DNA from: Rhodosorus marinus CCMP1338
Lineage: Eukaryota; Plantae; Rhodophyta
DNA: 64,000 bases
Assembly: GCA_029953675.1 (NCBI GenBank)
Contig: JAMWBK010000013.1
Span: 124,001 to 188,000 of the forward strand
Direction of reading: 5' to 3'
Shown here: in pieces, positions 1-13,289 of the stretch
Layout: each line of letters opens with the position of its first letter
Position numbering within the stretch: the first letter of the stretch is position 1
Notes under the pieces: generated by a model
What the model saw: only the letters and a program-made list of their open reading frames with translations
What the model was told of the DNA's origin: nothing
Database searches by the model: none
Translations under genes and position numbers: made by a program

Positions 1-1663
1 AGCTTTGTCCTCCTCCACTGGGCTCCTACAAGTAGGGCAGTTGGCATACTTGACCATCCACTTGTCCAAGCAGTTCTTGTGGTACACATGGTTGCAAGGA
101 AGCCTGCGTGAAGAACGAGAGATGAGTTAGACGTTCCTTGAGGGGGGACGCAGTAGCGACTGTGCTATAGCACAACACCTACCTCCTCACTAGTTCTCCA
201 GTCTCATACTCGCACAAGCAAACGGTGCACTGCTCATCACAGCTCTGAGCTTCCATTTCGCCCGGGGGGGCGTCGCCAGGGTAAGCGTACGCTGGCATAA
301 TCCTGTTGATCTCGCGCTTGCTTAGGCCCGGAGAGTTTCTGTTCGACGGCGCGTCGCTGCGTCCTCGGCGGATTCTGTACCAAGGTATGGCGAGGGCCAG
401 AACCACGACCGCGAAAGGAACAATAATAAGGATCGCCACCCGGTAGAAGGACGCGTCTACTTGATCACAGGACTGATTACTGGTACCTCCACAGGGAAAC
501 ATTTCAGCACCGACGTCTTGTATAGGGAAATCCATCATGTTGATCACGGATAATATCACCCTCTGTCCTTGATTCACTCGACCAAAGCCTTTCCTCCCGC
601 AGGACAAAAGCTCGGTGTCTTCGTTAAACCGATCTATCTGATTTTGACCCAACAGGTAAATCTCGTTGACCTGGGTTTGAATCCCTTGCGGGTTCTCACA
701 GTGTTCACCCTGAACCTTTCGCGTGGTGGTAAAGTAAGCACCACTCCCGCGCGTTGGGTAGGGGAGAGATCTGGATAAGAGAGTATAGCACTCCTCTCCA
801 TCCTCGAGTTGGCAGTCGACGTCGTAGCTAAAGTGCAACGTCTCATCCGTTTCTACCGTTAGCTCACTTCGGAACTTCAGATCGGTCATCCGAACGACCC
901 TCTCCTCGCAGAATCGACCAGCGAAGTACTCACTGTCGTTAGAGTTGCACTCGCAGACGCCTTCACTGGTGCAAGTGCCGCGTTCGGAGCAGACCCCCTG
1001 CAGTTCCTCTCCCCTGGGGCAAGGTTTGGACCCGGAGAGGAAGCCCACCTCCAAAGTCCCGGTGAGGTTCTCTTGGTCGTCCCTCTGCGGGTTCATGTTG
1101 TACAAATATATTGTCCATTCCTTCCCGCCCTCGAGGATAAGATACTGGTAAAACTTCTCTGTCCAAAATCCTTCCAAATCCTCTCTCAGAGGTGGATCAG
1201 CGGACTGAAACTTGGTAAACTGCAAATATTGTGTGCTGTCGTCCCGGATTGGCTCCGGTTCTTCGCTTCCGCGCTCTGTCGCCACAAGGTATGGCCTGGG
1301 TGCGAGGACGAACCGCGGTGATTGAATATCCGTTCGACGAAAATCAACTCGAACGTACTCAATTCCTTCTGCGGTGGCGTCGACGTTAAGTATCACCCGG
1401 GCCTCTTGTGGCTCAGAGGCGGAAGCGAAGAAACCGATGTTGACATTGAAATTTTCCGTTTCGTCGACAGCGCCAACCAAGTTCCCTAAATCCTGTTCCT
1501 GTTGAGCATGCGTATTGACTTCCTGCCTTTCGCTCACTAACTCCAGGCCCTTTTCATCCATCGCGACCCCCTCCACCAGCGCAACAAAAAGCACCATCAA
1601 TACAGCACAACGATTCCATCCTCCAAGCACAAGCCTCTTCTTCCCAGACGCTCCCACGACCAT
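1..1663 (-). CDS. Type I membrane RING-H2 E3 ligase with EGF-like ectodomain (3' end runs off the window)
   Basis: Contains a hydrophobic N-terminal signal, EGF-like CPRG..CSERGTCTSEGVCEC..FAGRFCE, a TM segment (VAILIIVPFAVVVLALAIPW) and a GLSKREI motif like the ATL GLD motif. CTVC is followed by a GT-AG intron (182..104); the spliced exon reads RLPCNHVYHKNCLDKWMVKYANCPTC and completes the RING-H2. Confidence 0.85.
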
Positions 1664-3611
1664 CTTTCAAAACAACAACAAAACTAATAAAAAAAACAAC
1701 TTCTCCTCCTCCACCGCAGCTCTTCCCCCTCCCACAAAAACACCAAAAACCAAACTGTCCCAAATCCCTCCTCCCAACCCACAAGCCCCCTCCAGTCCTC
1801 CCTCCCCTCTATAAATTCCACAACCCTTCCTCCCTCCCTTATAAAACTCTCTAACCAAATCCAGCATATATATGATATGTTCGATCCTCGAACAAGACCC
1901 CCCCAACCCCCTCCCCTCACCCCACCCAAATTGACTGGCTACAAACAAAAAGACCAGTGATGGGTCCGTTTTCGAGGCACCCGCCCTACAAAGCATCTTA
2001 ACAACCTTTTCCATCTTCCAAGCCTTTTTCCCTTCAAGACTACTTCCTTTACAACATAAACAAGAAAATAACAAAAATACAATATACGTATATAAAAATC
2101 TATACCCCTCATATACAGTTTCCATATATTTTGTTTTTATTTATAAATAGCAGCATTTATTGGATCTTCTTGTACTGTGAATTACCCCTACTATCCTGTT
2201 CGAAGTTGTGCGAGAGAATAATAATAATAATACAATACACGGACACACAAACCCCCGCCCCCCTCAATCTCCGGACAGTAGCGTTATTGGGGTTTTTTGG
2301 TATAAATATTAGGCTTTGTGGGATGTTTTGTGGGAGGATAGATCCCTTTGATCTTTTTATTTTTTTGGGTTTCTGTTGGGTTCCATAGTTACTGCTTCTC
2401 CACAACGATATCATTATTCACCCCCCCCCTTTCCATATTATTGGCGATTTTCTTGCAAGATTTGAATAAATGGTACATTTTGCGGAGTTTTTGATATTTC
2501 TACGGGTTGTTATAACCCGGGTATAGAATTTTTGGATTTGCTTGGAGCCTGAGGTTTTCGGAACATGGGCTGTCTACGGAACTGTAAGCTGCAGATTTTA
2601 TTCATTATTTTAAAATTTTGGAGGCGTTTTGCATGGTATTTACATTGCGGATTGGCTGTAAGTACGATACGAGGGCACGAAATATTTTCGCATTCCTGTC
2701 CCATGCGTTAAAGTATACACTTTATGTTGAACAGTATTTATTGTGCAGCATAGCTTTTGCATAAATATTTAATAATAGAAGCCGTATCTACGGTATTTAT
2801 CTCCCTTTTCTCCGGCTGAGCAAAAACGCAAACCATATCCTAAATCTAATCCGTTCGGCTTCTAGAAGGTTCTTTATTTAGAGACAGGTTCTCACTTGGT
2901 TCCTCCATACTGAAACGTCCCCGGATGACGTTTGTCCTAATTCCAATTTCTTCTTAAATCGGCTTCAACTTTTGTCTCAGATTTAACTTCTTTTTCCTAA
3001 CTCTTCCTAGCACCCTTCGTCACCCTTTTCTTCCTACCGCTACCCCTGAGAGAGATGTCATAGTTACGGTATGTATAGTCTAGTAAGGCTAGCGTGCCAA
3101 ATCTTGTCACGATTCTCCACTTTAGCCATCACGCCATGCTATGTTTAGCCGTCCGACCGTGCCAGCCCATGCTACAGGTGAACTTGTCTCTATATGACGT
3201 GACAGATTATGACCCACACCTGCTAGTATTGGCCGCAAGTACGATAAAGGTGTTCAAGCATATGAACGCTTTACGGGTTTGTCACCCTCCTCTTTTTTTC
3301 GGAAAAGGTAGCAACTTTTCTCTGCGGAGAAATCCTTCCAAACTAAGCGAACCATGGTAGAAAATGAGTCATCAATCAATTTTGACGATTGTATAATTCA
3401 AAAATATTTTTAGTCAACAATCTCGCCTGATCGAGGCTCTTTGATTTTCACTTAAAATTGTGGCGGAGGGGTAGATGAGGAGCGAGGTGAGGCCCGGGGG
3501 TGCGGATGGCATTGGGGTTTCCGATTCAAAGCACTCGAAGAACCTTTAGGTTTGTGAGTTGTAGAATCTGGTCAGTTGTCAGGAATCGATACGGGCGTAC
3601 CGTTTGTGGTA

Positions 3612-5700
3612 TCAGTAAAGGAACCCTGAGAGCCCTGAAGTGACAATCCTCATGTTTCTGGAGTTCATGATTGGAAAAAGGGCATACCTTGGGTTATGGG
3701 TGAATGTCGAGGAGCTGGACTGAATGGCTGCGATATTGGTGGTATGCGCACTCCAGGTAAAGATCAATGGGACAACAGTGTCGAGGAGGATGTGCGACGT
3801 TTCCACCCGATGGACGTGGGGGTTGTCACGGGCTATTTTCGATGCATTTTCCGCCAATCTATTCCGGCATGAGATGCTTTGGGGATGCAAAGGTTCATTT
3901 GCATGTTGCAGCTCGAAAAATTTTGAAATTCGAGCGGGCGAGCTTCCTGGACGAAGAATTTCTTCTTCCAAAAACGAAGACACATGCAAGAAGGACGCAT
4001 TTTGGGGAGGGCTCGACTCCAGGATAGCGACACGAATCTGTGGGGATACGAAAGTATGTTCTGAAGTTTGGATATGCAATAGAGAGACCCCGAGACTAAT
4101 TGACTAGAAAAGAAGAAGGAAGAATATCCTCAAGGACGTTTTGTTGTAAAAGGCTGGTTACGGAAAGACAGCGTCGCGAAACTGGTTGGACTATCGAAAC
4201 CCGGATTGTTGCTTCGGGAACGGTAGATTCATTTCCTGGGAAATTTTCAGGATAGGCTTCCGTGTCTCTCAAGGTGATGATCTCTCCTGTTCCAATTTCC
4301 ACAGCGGAACTACCGTTCTCGCCGCGTCGGAGGAGGAATCTGGGCTTCGATGTTATATCCAGCTTGGTCTTGTGGCAATTTGTCATCCAGTGCTTACGAG
4401 CACAACCAAAAGTATTTGTAGTCTTTGGGTACGCTTACCTACTAGAGTAGGTAAGCATACCGTGCCAGCTCATGCGGCGTCTCATGGCCTCTTCTACCCG
4501 TGCGCTTTGGTCGCTCTTCACTTCCCACTTCCGGCTCTTCTTCTTCCTCGGTCCAAGTCTCTCTTGCCGTCAGAGCTTTGCTTTTCAGTTAAAATCCTTA
4601 ACAAATTCTCAGCTTGAGAAGCTGCACTTCTCTCACCCGCAACTTTTCGAATCAGTTCTTCCCGGTCCCCTGCATCTCCAGAACTCCCCAAAGTAATCAT
4701 CTAACCTGCACATGCAGCATATTTTCCACTTGCCGTCTCTTCCGTAAAATCCGATCATTTTAGGACGTTGTGATTCAATTATGGCCCCGCGGAAGAAACC
4801 AAATCATCCCTATAGGGGACTTCATCGGGCGAGGTAATAGTCGGACCGTCCTGTCCCTTGGAAACCCTGACCCCCGCATTAAGTTCAATCAATATATTGC
4901 ACTCAGTCAATAAATAACCAATCAGCAGTCGATGCTCTTTCAATAAAATAGTAATCAAACAATATATTTGATATTGAATTATAGTATTTTATCCACGGAA
5001 TCGTCGTATTATTGGAAATATGATCGGAAAATCGGGTATATCTCTATTTTGTTAGGAAAAAGAAAAACTGCTTGTCAGCTCCGCCCCGGGATCATGCGGC
5101 TGAAGAGAATTGCCTTGAGGCATAGGACAAAAGCCTGAACACTATTTCACCTTCTCATACACGCTACTGATGGAGTTGGCACATACCAGCTACAGCCTCA
5201 CACACCCCCGGGCAGGTCCCCGGAAACGTACAGCCGTTTGCTGTTGTACGTGAGGCAGTCCTCGGGCATGATCGACAATGAGCGTGAGCTGGGCGCATGA
5301 GGTTTTCTGCTGAGATATATCAACGAGACCATCACGAGAAATTTCGGCATAAGCGGATTGTTGCTCATTGTGGAACGTAGGAATCTGAGGGCCTGAGCAC
5401 CAGGTAGAATGGTATATACACCATTCCTACCATAGTAGAACCTGGCTTCACCAAGCAAGATTAAAGTCTAGGTCCCAAGTAGCCATCACTGGGGCGCGTA
5501 TCTCATGATATTGTCGGACGGCAAGTGCGGACACCTGCTATTCAGATGTCCATCTACCCGGAATATGAGCGTCCGGCACCTCAGGGTAGAGACGTAGATG
5601 TTCCCTGCGCTGCTGGACCATGTTGGTTGCGCACACCGCTCCAAACGTATCTTATTCCTTACATCCAAGAGGCTTTCTCGCATAAGCTCCAGGGTTCACG
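3612..5700 (-). mobile_element. Highly degenerate Ty3/gypsy pol remnant (RNase H then integrase)
   Basis: RFYYGR..QALRFLRSTMSNNPL (5198-5458) resembles the RNase H tail DHQAL motif. FLEEEILRPGSSPARIS..HPQS..NIAAIQSS..YALF (3612-4079) resembles the integrase core. The order RH then INT fits gypsy; frameshifts and stops occur throughout. Confidence 0.45.
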
Positions 5701-6007
5701 TCGCTAGTGTAGAGAACCAAGTCAGTCTTGACTGATAAGTAGCGATCATGGGAACGATCATCGGCATGAGTAATGATCGCAGGAGCGATCTATTAGAAGG
5801 TCATATGCACGATCATCGGAGTACCTGACGACCATGGGTTCTGGGGACATGTCGATGGGAGATGTCCATTGTACAAATTGTCGTTTTGCACGCTGATGAT
5901 TACTACCTGAACGTTTCCACAAGCTTGTAATTACATATCGATTCGCGATGTGAGGTCAGATCCGTGAAGAGGCTGACGCATACTCCAACTAGTGCAACCC
6001 GAGGTGC

Positions 6008-6471
6008 GTCTGTTGAAGAGGCTTTTCCCAGCTAAGGGTAATCAGGGTGAACGTCGCCCAGGCCACCGTATCCTCTGACTACACAACCCTTGCCTTCCCT
6101 GTCTCAGGACAGAGATATGCCCTCCCCTGTTCAACCATGTCGGTAATCCAGCCGCACCAGATATTTTGTCACCTACGTCGAAGAAGTCTTTCTCCCCGGA
6201 CGATCTCCAGAGTAAATTCGGTCAGAAGCTAACGTACCCTCCGCCCAGCACAAAACCCGAAGATACAAATCCCCTGCGCTGCTTTAAAACCTTGGTGGGG
6301 CTCAGCGGGGATATTTTGTTGCTCTGTTGAAGAGGAATTTTCCCAGCTAAGAGTCAGAACGAAGGCTACCGCCCGTGTATCCTCCGACTACAAAGCCCTG
6401 GTCTTTTGTCCTATCTCAGGCTAGAGTACTCTCCCCGCTGCGTATTCATGTCGGCAATTCGGGCGGCACCA
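6008..6471. repeat. Diverged ~160-bp direct repeat pair (about 6008-6170 and 6322-6471)
   Basis: Both copies share, in order, ctgttgaagagg, ttcccagctaag, gtatcctc(t/c)gactaca, tctcagg and catgtcgg. Confidence 0.75.
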
Positions 6472-9400
6472 TGTATACAGATTTTTTCTTATCGAGACTT
6501 GTCTCGTTTGGAGCGCAGTAGCGAGACCGATTACCCTCCCAGAGCCTAATGTATCCTCCCTCCGCTTTGCACATAGACTATCGCAATCTTATCACCATCT
6601 CATTTGCGCTTGAGATATGGTAGTAAAATGTCTGGGCTGCAGAGCCGAGTTCGGAACTTTACCACCCTTTGTAAGTTCGAGAAACTCACTTGGCGGGTGC
6701 GTGTCGCCACGCGACCCGAAAGCTCCGTTTCCGGTATATATGCCCTCTACCCTAGAATTCGCATCGGAGGCAGGGTACACGCGTCCTGCGTAAACGCCCA
6801 CGCGAAACGTTTCGTGCGACGGTGCGACATAATCCTTCTCGATTCCCGTTCAATTCCATCGGGGATCTTTGCAACAACTAAAATACAATTCCTTCATAGG
6901 GGGGGCCCCTCATGACGACATTCTTCGTCGAAACGAGCATGTTTCCACGACCACCGTGTGTGGTGCCTTCTAGTGCCATGTGATACCGGTGCCAGCCTCC
7001 ACGCGCGCCATCTCCGCCTCCCCCTCTCCGCTCCGCCCGCTGAAATGTGTACATGCATTTCCCCCGCCAGCGGACGTTGTCTTGACGAACCGCAAAAACA
7101 AAATCAACCCCTGCTGAAAAGATCCACCCGTTTAATCCAATCACATACCAAAATTAGAGATCTTTAAAAGATATTATGACGTATCTTCTAATATCTTTCC
7201 ATTTACTCCAATCGAAACGTATTATTCTGTTGCAAGAAATGTATTGGCCTTTAACACCGCCCCTTCGGATTCCAAAGGTAACTCCCTCTCCACGGCTTTC
7301 GAAAAGGAACCTTAAAATTCAACAAAAACATATCTTTCACGTTTCGTTGATATTTCATTCTTGGGCGGCTGATTCCTTCCTTTTTGGGAGGTCCGCAGTT
7401 TTCCCTTTCCTGAAAGCTTTCGCGTGCGGTCTACGTCATGATTGGCTATATTCATATCTATATTTAATAGAAGTACTTTTTTCCAAGATTCTTGCTCTGA
7501 GGCTCTTAGGCCCAAATAATCTATTGACAGCCAATAGAGGCGGAGTTGGAGGCGACAAGGAGAAAGACTCTTCATAAAATATTTATTTTTCGAGCATTCG
7601 TCAGATAGCGGGACCCGGAAAAAGAGACAAGTCAAATGGTTTAACGGTCAAAAAAAACTAACAATCAAGGGATACGAAAAACTGTAAATGCGAAACACCG
7701 CGTTTCCGTTTCGGCGATTCAGGTTTGCGGTGGTGGCTCAAGGGGCTTGACGGGGGGTTGTACTATCGATCACGATTGAAACGAAGGGACGAAGAGGATG
7801 GATGACCTGGGTCCAGATTGGTTGGGAGGTATCTTCTAATTTCTGAAGTGTATTTTTATTTATATGTTTCAGATATATCGGAAGTTTTGTTCATTTACCA
7901 TACCCCCCCTTATGTATATTGAGGAGGTTCTGATTGATATCTAGAACGCCAGAGAGTCCTTTAAAAAGAAATTGATTTTGTTTCTCGTCCGAGGGGTTTT
8001 GTGATTGGTTACTATTCACCAATAGTTTTCTGGTACTGTTCTCCTTAAGTAATTTATTTCGTTTTTTTGTTTTCGAACGAACGACCATCACTTGAAGGGT
8101 AAAAAATCTAAAGCTCGGGTTCCAGATCCGAAAAGAGAATTCTTAGGGGGTGTTCATATCACCTATGGAACCCTTTCGCTACCTATACTTTATTTCGATT
8201 TTCAATATTGTGGAAACCGGAGATACGTATCGGAGGGGGGTCTTTAATGAACTGATTTAGTTTTTCTTTTAAGGAACCCAAGATGCAGATTTAGTGCCAG
8301 TTGGTTGTTTGTGCGAACCACTTTTGACCCTCTGGACCCTATTTAATAGTAAATATTTGTAATTATTTGCTAAAACGGGTTGCGAAGGGACAATGAAGTT
8401 TCACCTAGGACCGCTTCTCCGCATAGGCCAGAACCTCTGACCAATCATAATACTTTCTAGTAGATATTTAATACTTGATTGTGATAATTTTACGAAGGGT
8501 CGTGAAAATATCATCAAGATTGAAGAAAATTCAAAGAAATAATAACAATTCCTGGTTAGATACTAAGGAGAAGCTTGGTACATTGCTAACACGCTATTCG
8601 ACGTTGGAACAAAAAGCATCCGCGCAAAATACTTGAACAGATATTTTCGAATAGATGAATCGTCCCCCTACCCCCGACCCCCCGCCCACCCTCCACACTA
8701 AAACACAACTATATTTTCTTACTCCAACACTAACCCCCTCAAGTGTTATCTTCGAAAACTCGTTCTTAATATACACCTACCCCTTTTCCACTTCCCGTTT
8801 TTCTGGAGTAGTCTACTCCCTCGCCCCTTCTCCTTTTTTCCTTGGCGCTTTTATCAAATTGATGAAGGGGGACAATTATTTCGTAAACCTACGTAATTCA
8901 AAACATATATCGAATATATCTTTTTATATATAACCTGGGCAGGGGTAAAGTCACTTTCCTTTTTTTAGACGATGTGGAGAATACCCATCCTCGATTAAGC
9001 CAACGATAATATTCGACCAGTACCATCCTATCATACTACCAGGGGAAGAAACAAAATAGTGACAATCCGACTTAGAATAAGAAAGGGGGCCATGTGCGAG
9101 TGGGGGGAGGAGGGGGAGGGGGGTAGGGGTAGTAGGGGTGGGTTTTGTTCTCAATTCACGAGATGTGCCTCTCTCCTGCCGCAAGTAGTTTTGATAGTAC
9201 TCATTTGCACTCTAAGAAAAACTAAAACAAACGAGTAAGAGGAACAATACATTCGACGCCTAGGAAAAAGCTCAATGCCAAATGTTAATTGATTTTTAGC
9301 ATGGGGTTATTTATTCCTTATATTGTTAAATTATATAATAAAAATAGAGGATTATGTATGAAAAATAGAATGATCTAAGGGGTATGATATTGGTTAATGG

Positions 9401-9897
9401 AGAAGAGAATGTGGGAAAGAAGCAGGGGTAGGTTGAGGGTGGATGAGAAGTTGGGGGGTCAAAAGGTGGTCAGGTCGTGATTTTGGTGACGATTTTTCGA
9501 GGTGAAGTAGGAAGTTACGAAAGTTGCTTTGATTGTTGGATTTTTTTTCAAAGGGTATATGGGTTATTGTGATGAATAGTAAAAGGAGTTTGGGGGAGGA
9601 GGAGGTTAGAGAGGAGGAGGGTTTGGGAGTTTGGGAGGCATTGCAGTAGAAGAGAGAGATAGGTTTGGGAGAGCGGGCGTCTGTGGGAAGGAGTTGTGAA
9701 GCGAAGGGAGGTTTTTTTTTGTTGGGGGGCGGCGGGGTGGATGAGCGTTTGAGGGATGGGGAGAGGAGATTTTTTTGTTAGAGGTCGTAAAGGGTGAAAG
9801 CTCTTGAGAGGATTGTCGGGTTTTTGTTCGGAGGGTTTGTTGGATGGGGAAGGAGGAATACGTTGGTGGAGTTGTGTAACACGTTGAGCCGGGCAGA

Positions 9898-12320
9898 ATG
9901 AGCGAGAGTTACGTAACCAAGGGTTCGAATACGAGGGTGACTGACAAGGTCCACAAGAAGGAAAGTGTCAAAGGGAAGGAGAGTACCGGCTCGTTGGCTT
10001 GGGGAAACAGCAAGCCGAGCCATTCGCATGGAGTCAAGACAAAGTCGATTTCTTTCGATGACCTGGTAAGTTTTCTATTTCTGATCCTAACTCAAAGACT
10101 TGGAGAGTGAGACGAAGCGTTGGGGAGGGGGTTTACTGAGACTAGTGATGGGATGGTTGGGGGGGAGAGAGGGATTTGACGTTGGCTTTTTTGTTGGGCA
10201 AGGAGAGATAATATGGGTCGAAGTGTGCAGAGGGTGTTCTCAGCGGGGGATTTTAGGGGGGGGCGGAGAGGGGGTTGCCTGCTCTTTCGCTGTAGTTACA
10301 GACTTCTAACTGCTTGCTGTGCTCTCATGGTTAGGCGAAGCACTTTCACATGCCGATAAATGACGCGGCGAAGGAGCTTGGAATCTGTGCGACTGTTCTG
10401 AAGGAGCTGTGCAGGCGTAGGGGTATCCAGAGGTGGCCCCATAGAAAATTGAAGGCGCTGGACAGACTGATTGAGAAATATGAAAGGGAGCAAAGCAGCG
10501 CCCTTGACCAGAGCTTCTACCAGAACGAAATTGAGTCGCTTCGTCAGAAGAAGGAGTCGATTCTTCGCCACTACAAGCGGAGGTCACCTTCCGAAATGGG
10601 CGGGCACAACCCGGAGCAGCGGTACTCTTCACCAATGATGGTGCAGAAGAGCGGACCGCCTTACGGGATTGAGGCAGTACCCACTGGCACCGGAATGCCA
10701 CACCACCAGCCGTGTATGGGTGGTGCACATCCAGAGCACGGCATCTACGAGTACAACATGTACGAGCGCGGTGATCAGAAGTATCCCAGTGGTGGCTGGC
10801 ACTATGGACAGCCCCCAGGTCCGATGCAAGTGCGCCAGATGGACTACTACGCTACGACGTCAAACCAGACGCCTCATCACCCGCAGGTGATATCGGTTCC
10901 AGGGAACATGGGAGCTCAGCCGGCGAGGCCCAGGCACCCAAGCGGTCCGGCGTCAATGGAACACCACCACAGCAACAACCATTCCAGCTCTGTCTACGGC
11001 CCGCAGGGTCGCGAGGTGTATCAAGGAGCTGCTGGCGGCGGAAGTGGTCAGTACCTTCCGTACGGAGGACATTCCCACCCACCGCACGTGTACATGTACG
11101 GAGGCTCGGGACAGGCAGCTCCTGGTGCCGGATCTTATCAGTATCCATCTGGCCCGTACAACAGCTACGTTTATGAGGGAGAGCAAAATCCCTACTCCGG
11201 ATACAGTTATGCAAGGGCCGAACCAGCCTCTGGAGGGAAGGCAGTCGTTGGATCCGCGCACGAGCGGTCGCTGTCCTGGAAGGATCACCAGGAGGAAGCC
11301 GCTGCCGAAGTCGGAGATAACGGAGCCCGTCGGATTCATAAGCGAAGGGATAGCAAGAAGGGAGCTGCAGACAACCGACTTGCGCGCAAGAAGGCCGTGC
11401 CCGCGAGAACCACCACGATCGACAGCCGTAAGGCGATGACGATCGCTGCCGAGAAATCTGGTGCAGATGCGGTAGCCATTGTACCATCAGCTCCGACAGC
11501 TGCTCCGACAGTGGCAGCTGGCCACGGCCTGAACGAGGGAAACGATAGCAAGGCAAAGGTGGGTTCAAGGTTCGGGACGGATCCTGCGACTGAGAGGCAA
11601 CTTGCACCGATCAAAGCGGAGATTATGGATCTCAAAAACGCTAGCAAGGAGTCAAATCGAACGACGAGCAACGAATCCAATGCAACATCGGATGGCGGAG
11701 TTCCAACCCATGTTGAGGATCTGAAGCGCAAGGTCCAGGAGGAGGACGTCGATGAGTCCTCCATGGGAATGAAGGACGCGCCGACGATGAAGAAGGGCAA
11801 GTCAGTTGGCTCGGATCCCGCGTCACCCAGTCAGGCAGGCGAGGAATCCCGGGCTCTCGATGGGGCCGATGATGACAAGGCCGAAACTAGCGCGTTGTCT
11901 GGTCAAGCAGACTTTCATAAGCTTTTGGCATCGCTGCAAGTCACTATATGGACTCTCGACAAGAATATCAAGTGTACATCTCGGGACGGGCCGGAGGTGG
12001 TGGCGTTCCACGGTCACATCCCGAAGGTCGGCGACAACATCATCGAGCAGGTGGAGCGAAATTCCACGGAAGGTACTCAATGGAAGATGCTGGAGCCATA
12101 TATGCAAGCGCGATCGGGCAAGCGCGTAGAAAGAACGTTTTTGCACGACGGAAAGAAGTTTCTGCAAATCTTTAGCCCTGTAGGATCCGAGAGGTAAGCG
12201 TTGAGATGGCAACCGCTGTTCTCAGTTCCTAGTTTTTTTCTAACTCCCTTACTTTTTATCATCCTCAGGTCGATGCCAATGTTTACTACGAGTATCATGT
12301 GTGTGGAGATAGCTGGCTAG
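9898..12320 (+). CDS. RWP-RK domain transcription factor with C-terminal PAS-like domain (3 exons: 9898-10065, 10335-12193, 12269-12320)
   Basis: Splicing gives KSISFDDL|AKHFHMPINDAAKELGICATVLKELCRRRGIQRWPHRKLK, a canonical RWP-RK domain. Both introns have GTAAG donors, CTAAC branch points and in-frame acceptors. The last exon adds SMPMFTTSIMCVEIAG*. Confidence 0.9.
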
Positions 12321-13019
12321 TGGGACGGGTACCCAACGGGTTGATTGACTGGGCTGGTAGTATTCGCGTAGGAGGCTTGGCGGGAAGAGGGGTTGGGGGA
12401 GGGGGAAGGGACCAAGACTTGCCATCACGATATGTGGAATGTTATGTGTATTTAGGTTTTATAGTGATGGCTTTGGGTCGCAACCCCCACCCCCCTTGGA
12501 AGAAGGCACTAAGAAGTTTATGTTTATATTGTATGTGGTGGGGGAGTGTTTGTCTGCTGCAGGAGAATCCGTCTGAATATTGAGAGCATGGTCGTTACTT
12601 CCGGGTATATTTTGCCGCATTCGAGCGCGGTCTGGACATACACCTGGAGAAGGAGTCTCCGACGGAAAGCTGGCCAACCCCCCCCCCTTGTGCCGTCCGA
12701 ACTATGCATCTTCCCCGCGGATGTTACCAGCTTAGAAAGGATCCCGGCCTCTGTGTCCGTAGGTTTTTGTTGCTGAATGAGGTTTGCTGGTGCTGTCTGT
12801 ATCTAGTCGAGGAATATGGTGGTGTTTGTTCCTGTAGGTGGGGCTCCGTACTCTGCAACGGAGGGTACGACGATGTACCAATCGAGCTGCTGAGGGTGTT
12901 GCTTCTACCCCTGTCCCCACTCAGGCCGTAGAATGCGGAGCTTGTGTTCATAGCTCACTTTTGTCCATATACACAACTATCCGCGTGATCAACAGCGGAG
13001 GTTTTTCTGTTTTGTTTTG

Positions 13020-13152
13020 TTTTGTTTTGTAAGTAACTGGGATGTTTGATTGTTATTAAGGGCATCTCCCGACAGGGATACTTACAAAACTTTTGTTTTG
13101 TTTATTAAGTGACTGGGATGTTTGATTGTTATTAAGGGCATCTCCCGACAGG
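13020..13152. repeat. Tandem duplication of a ~50-bp unit next to a (GTTTT)n tract
   Basis: aagt(a/g)actgggatgtttgattgttattaagggcatctcccgacaggg occurs at ~13031 and ~13106. Confidence 0.9.
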
Positions 13153-13289
13153 GTTTGACCTGGCAACTGGATCTTGTGTTTGCGTGTTTCCACTAGAGCT
13201 CTTTCGATTGTCTTCCCCACTGTTTGCGGATTTGAAATTTTTCGGTGCTGTGGAGACAGACGCTTGTGATGGAGGAACATGCGAAAAAG

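Noticed and set aside
1667-2414. Several hydrophobic or Gly-rich ORFs
   Set aside because: Low-complexity promoter composition rather than coding signal.
7100-9400. AT-rich tract examined for TIRs and ORFs
   Set aside because: No convincing terminal repeats or protein motifs found by eye.
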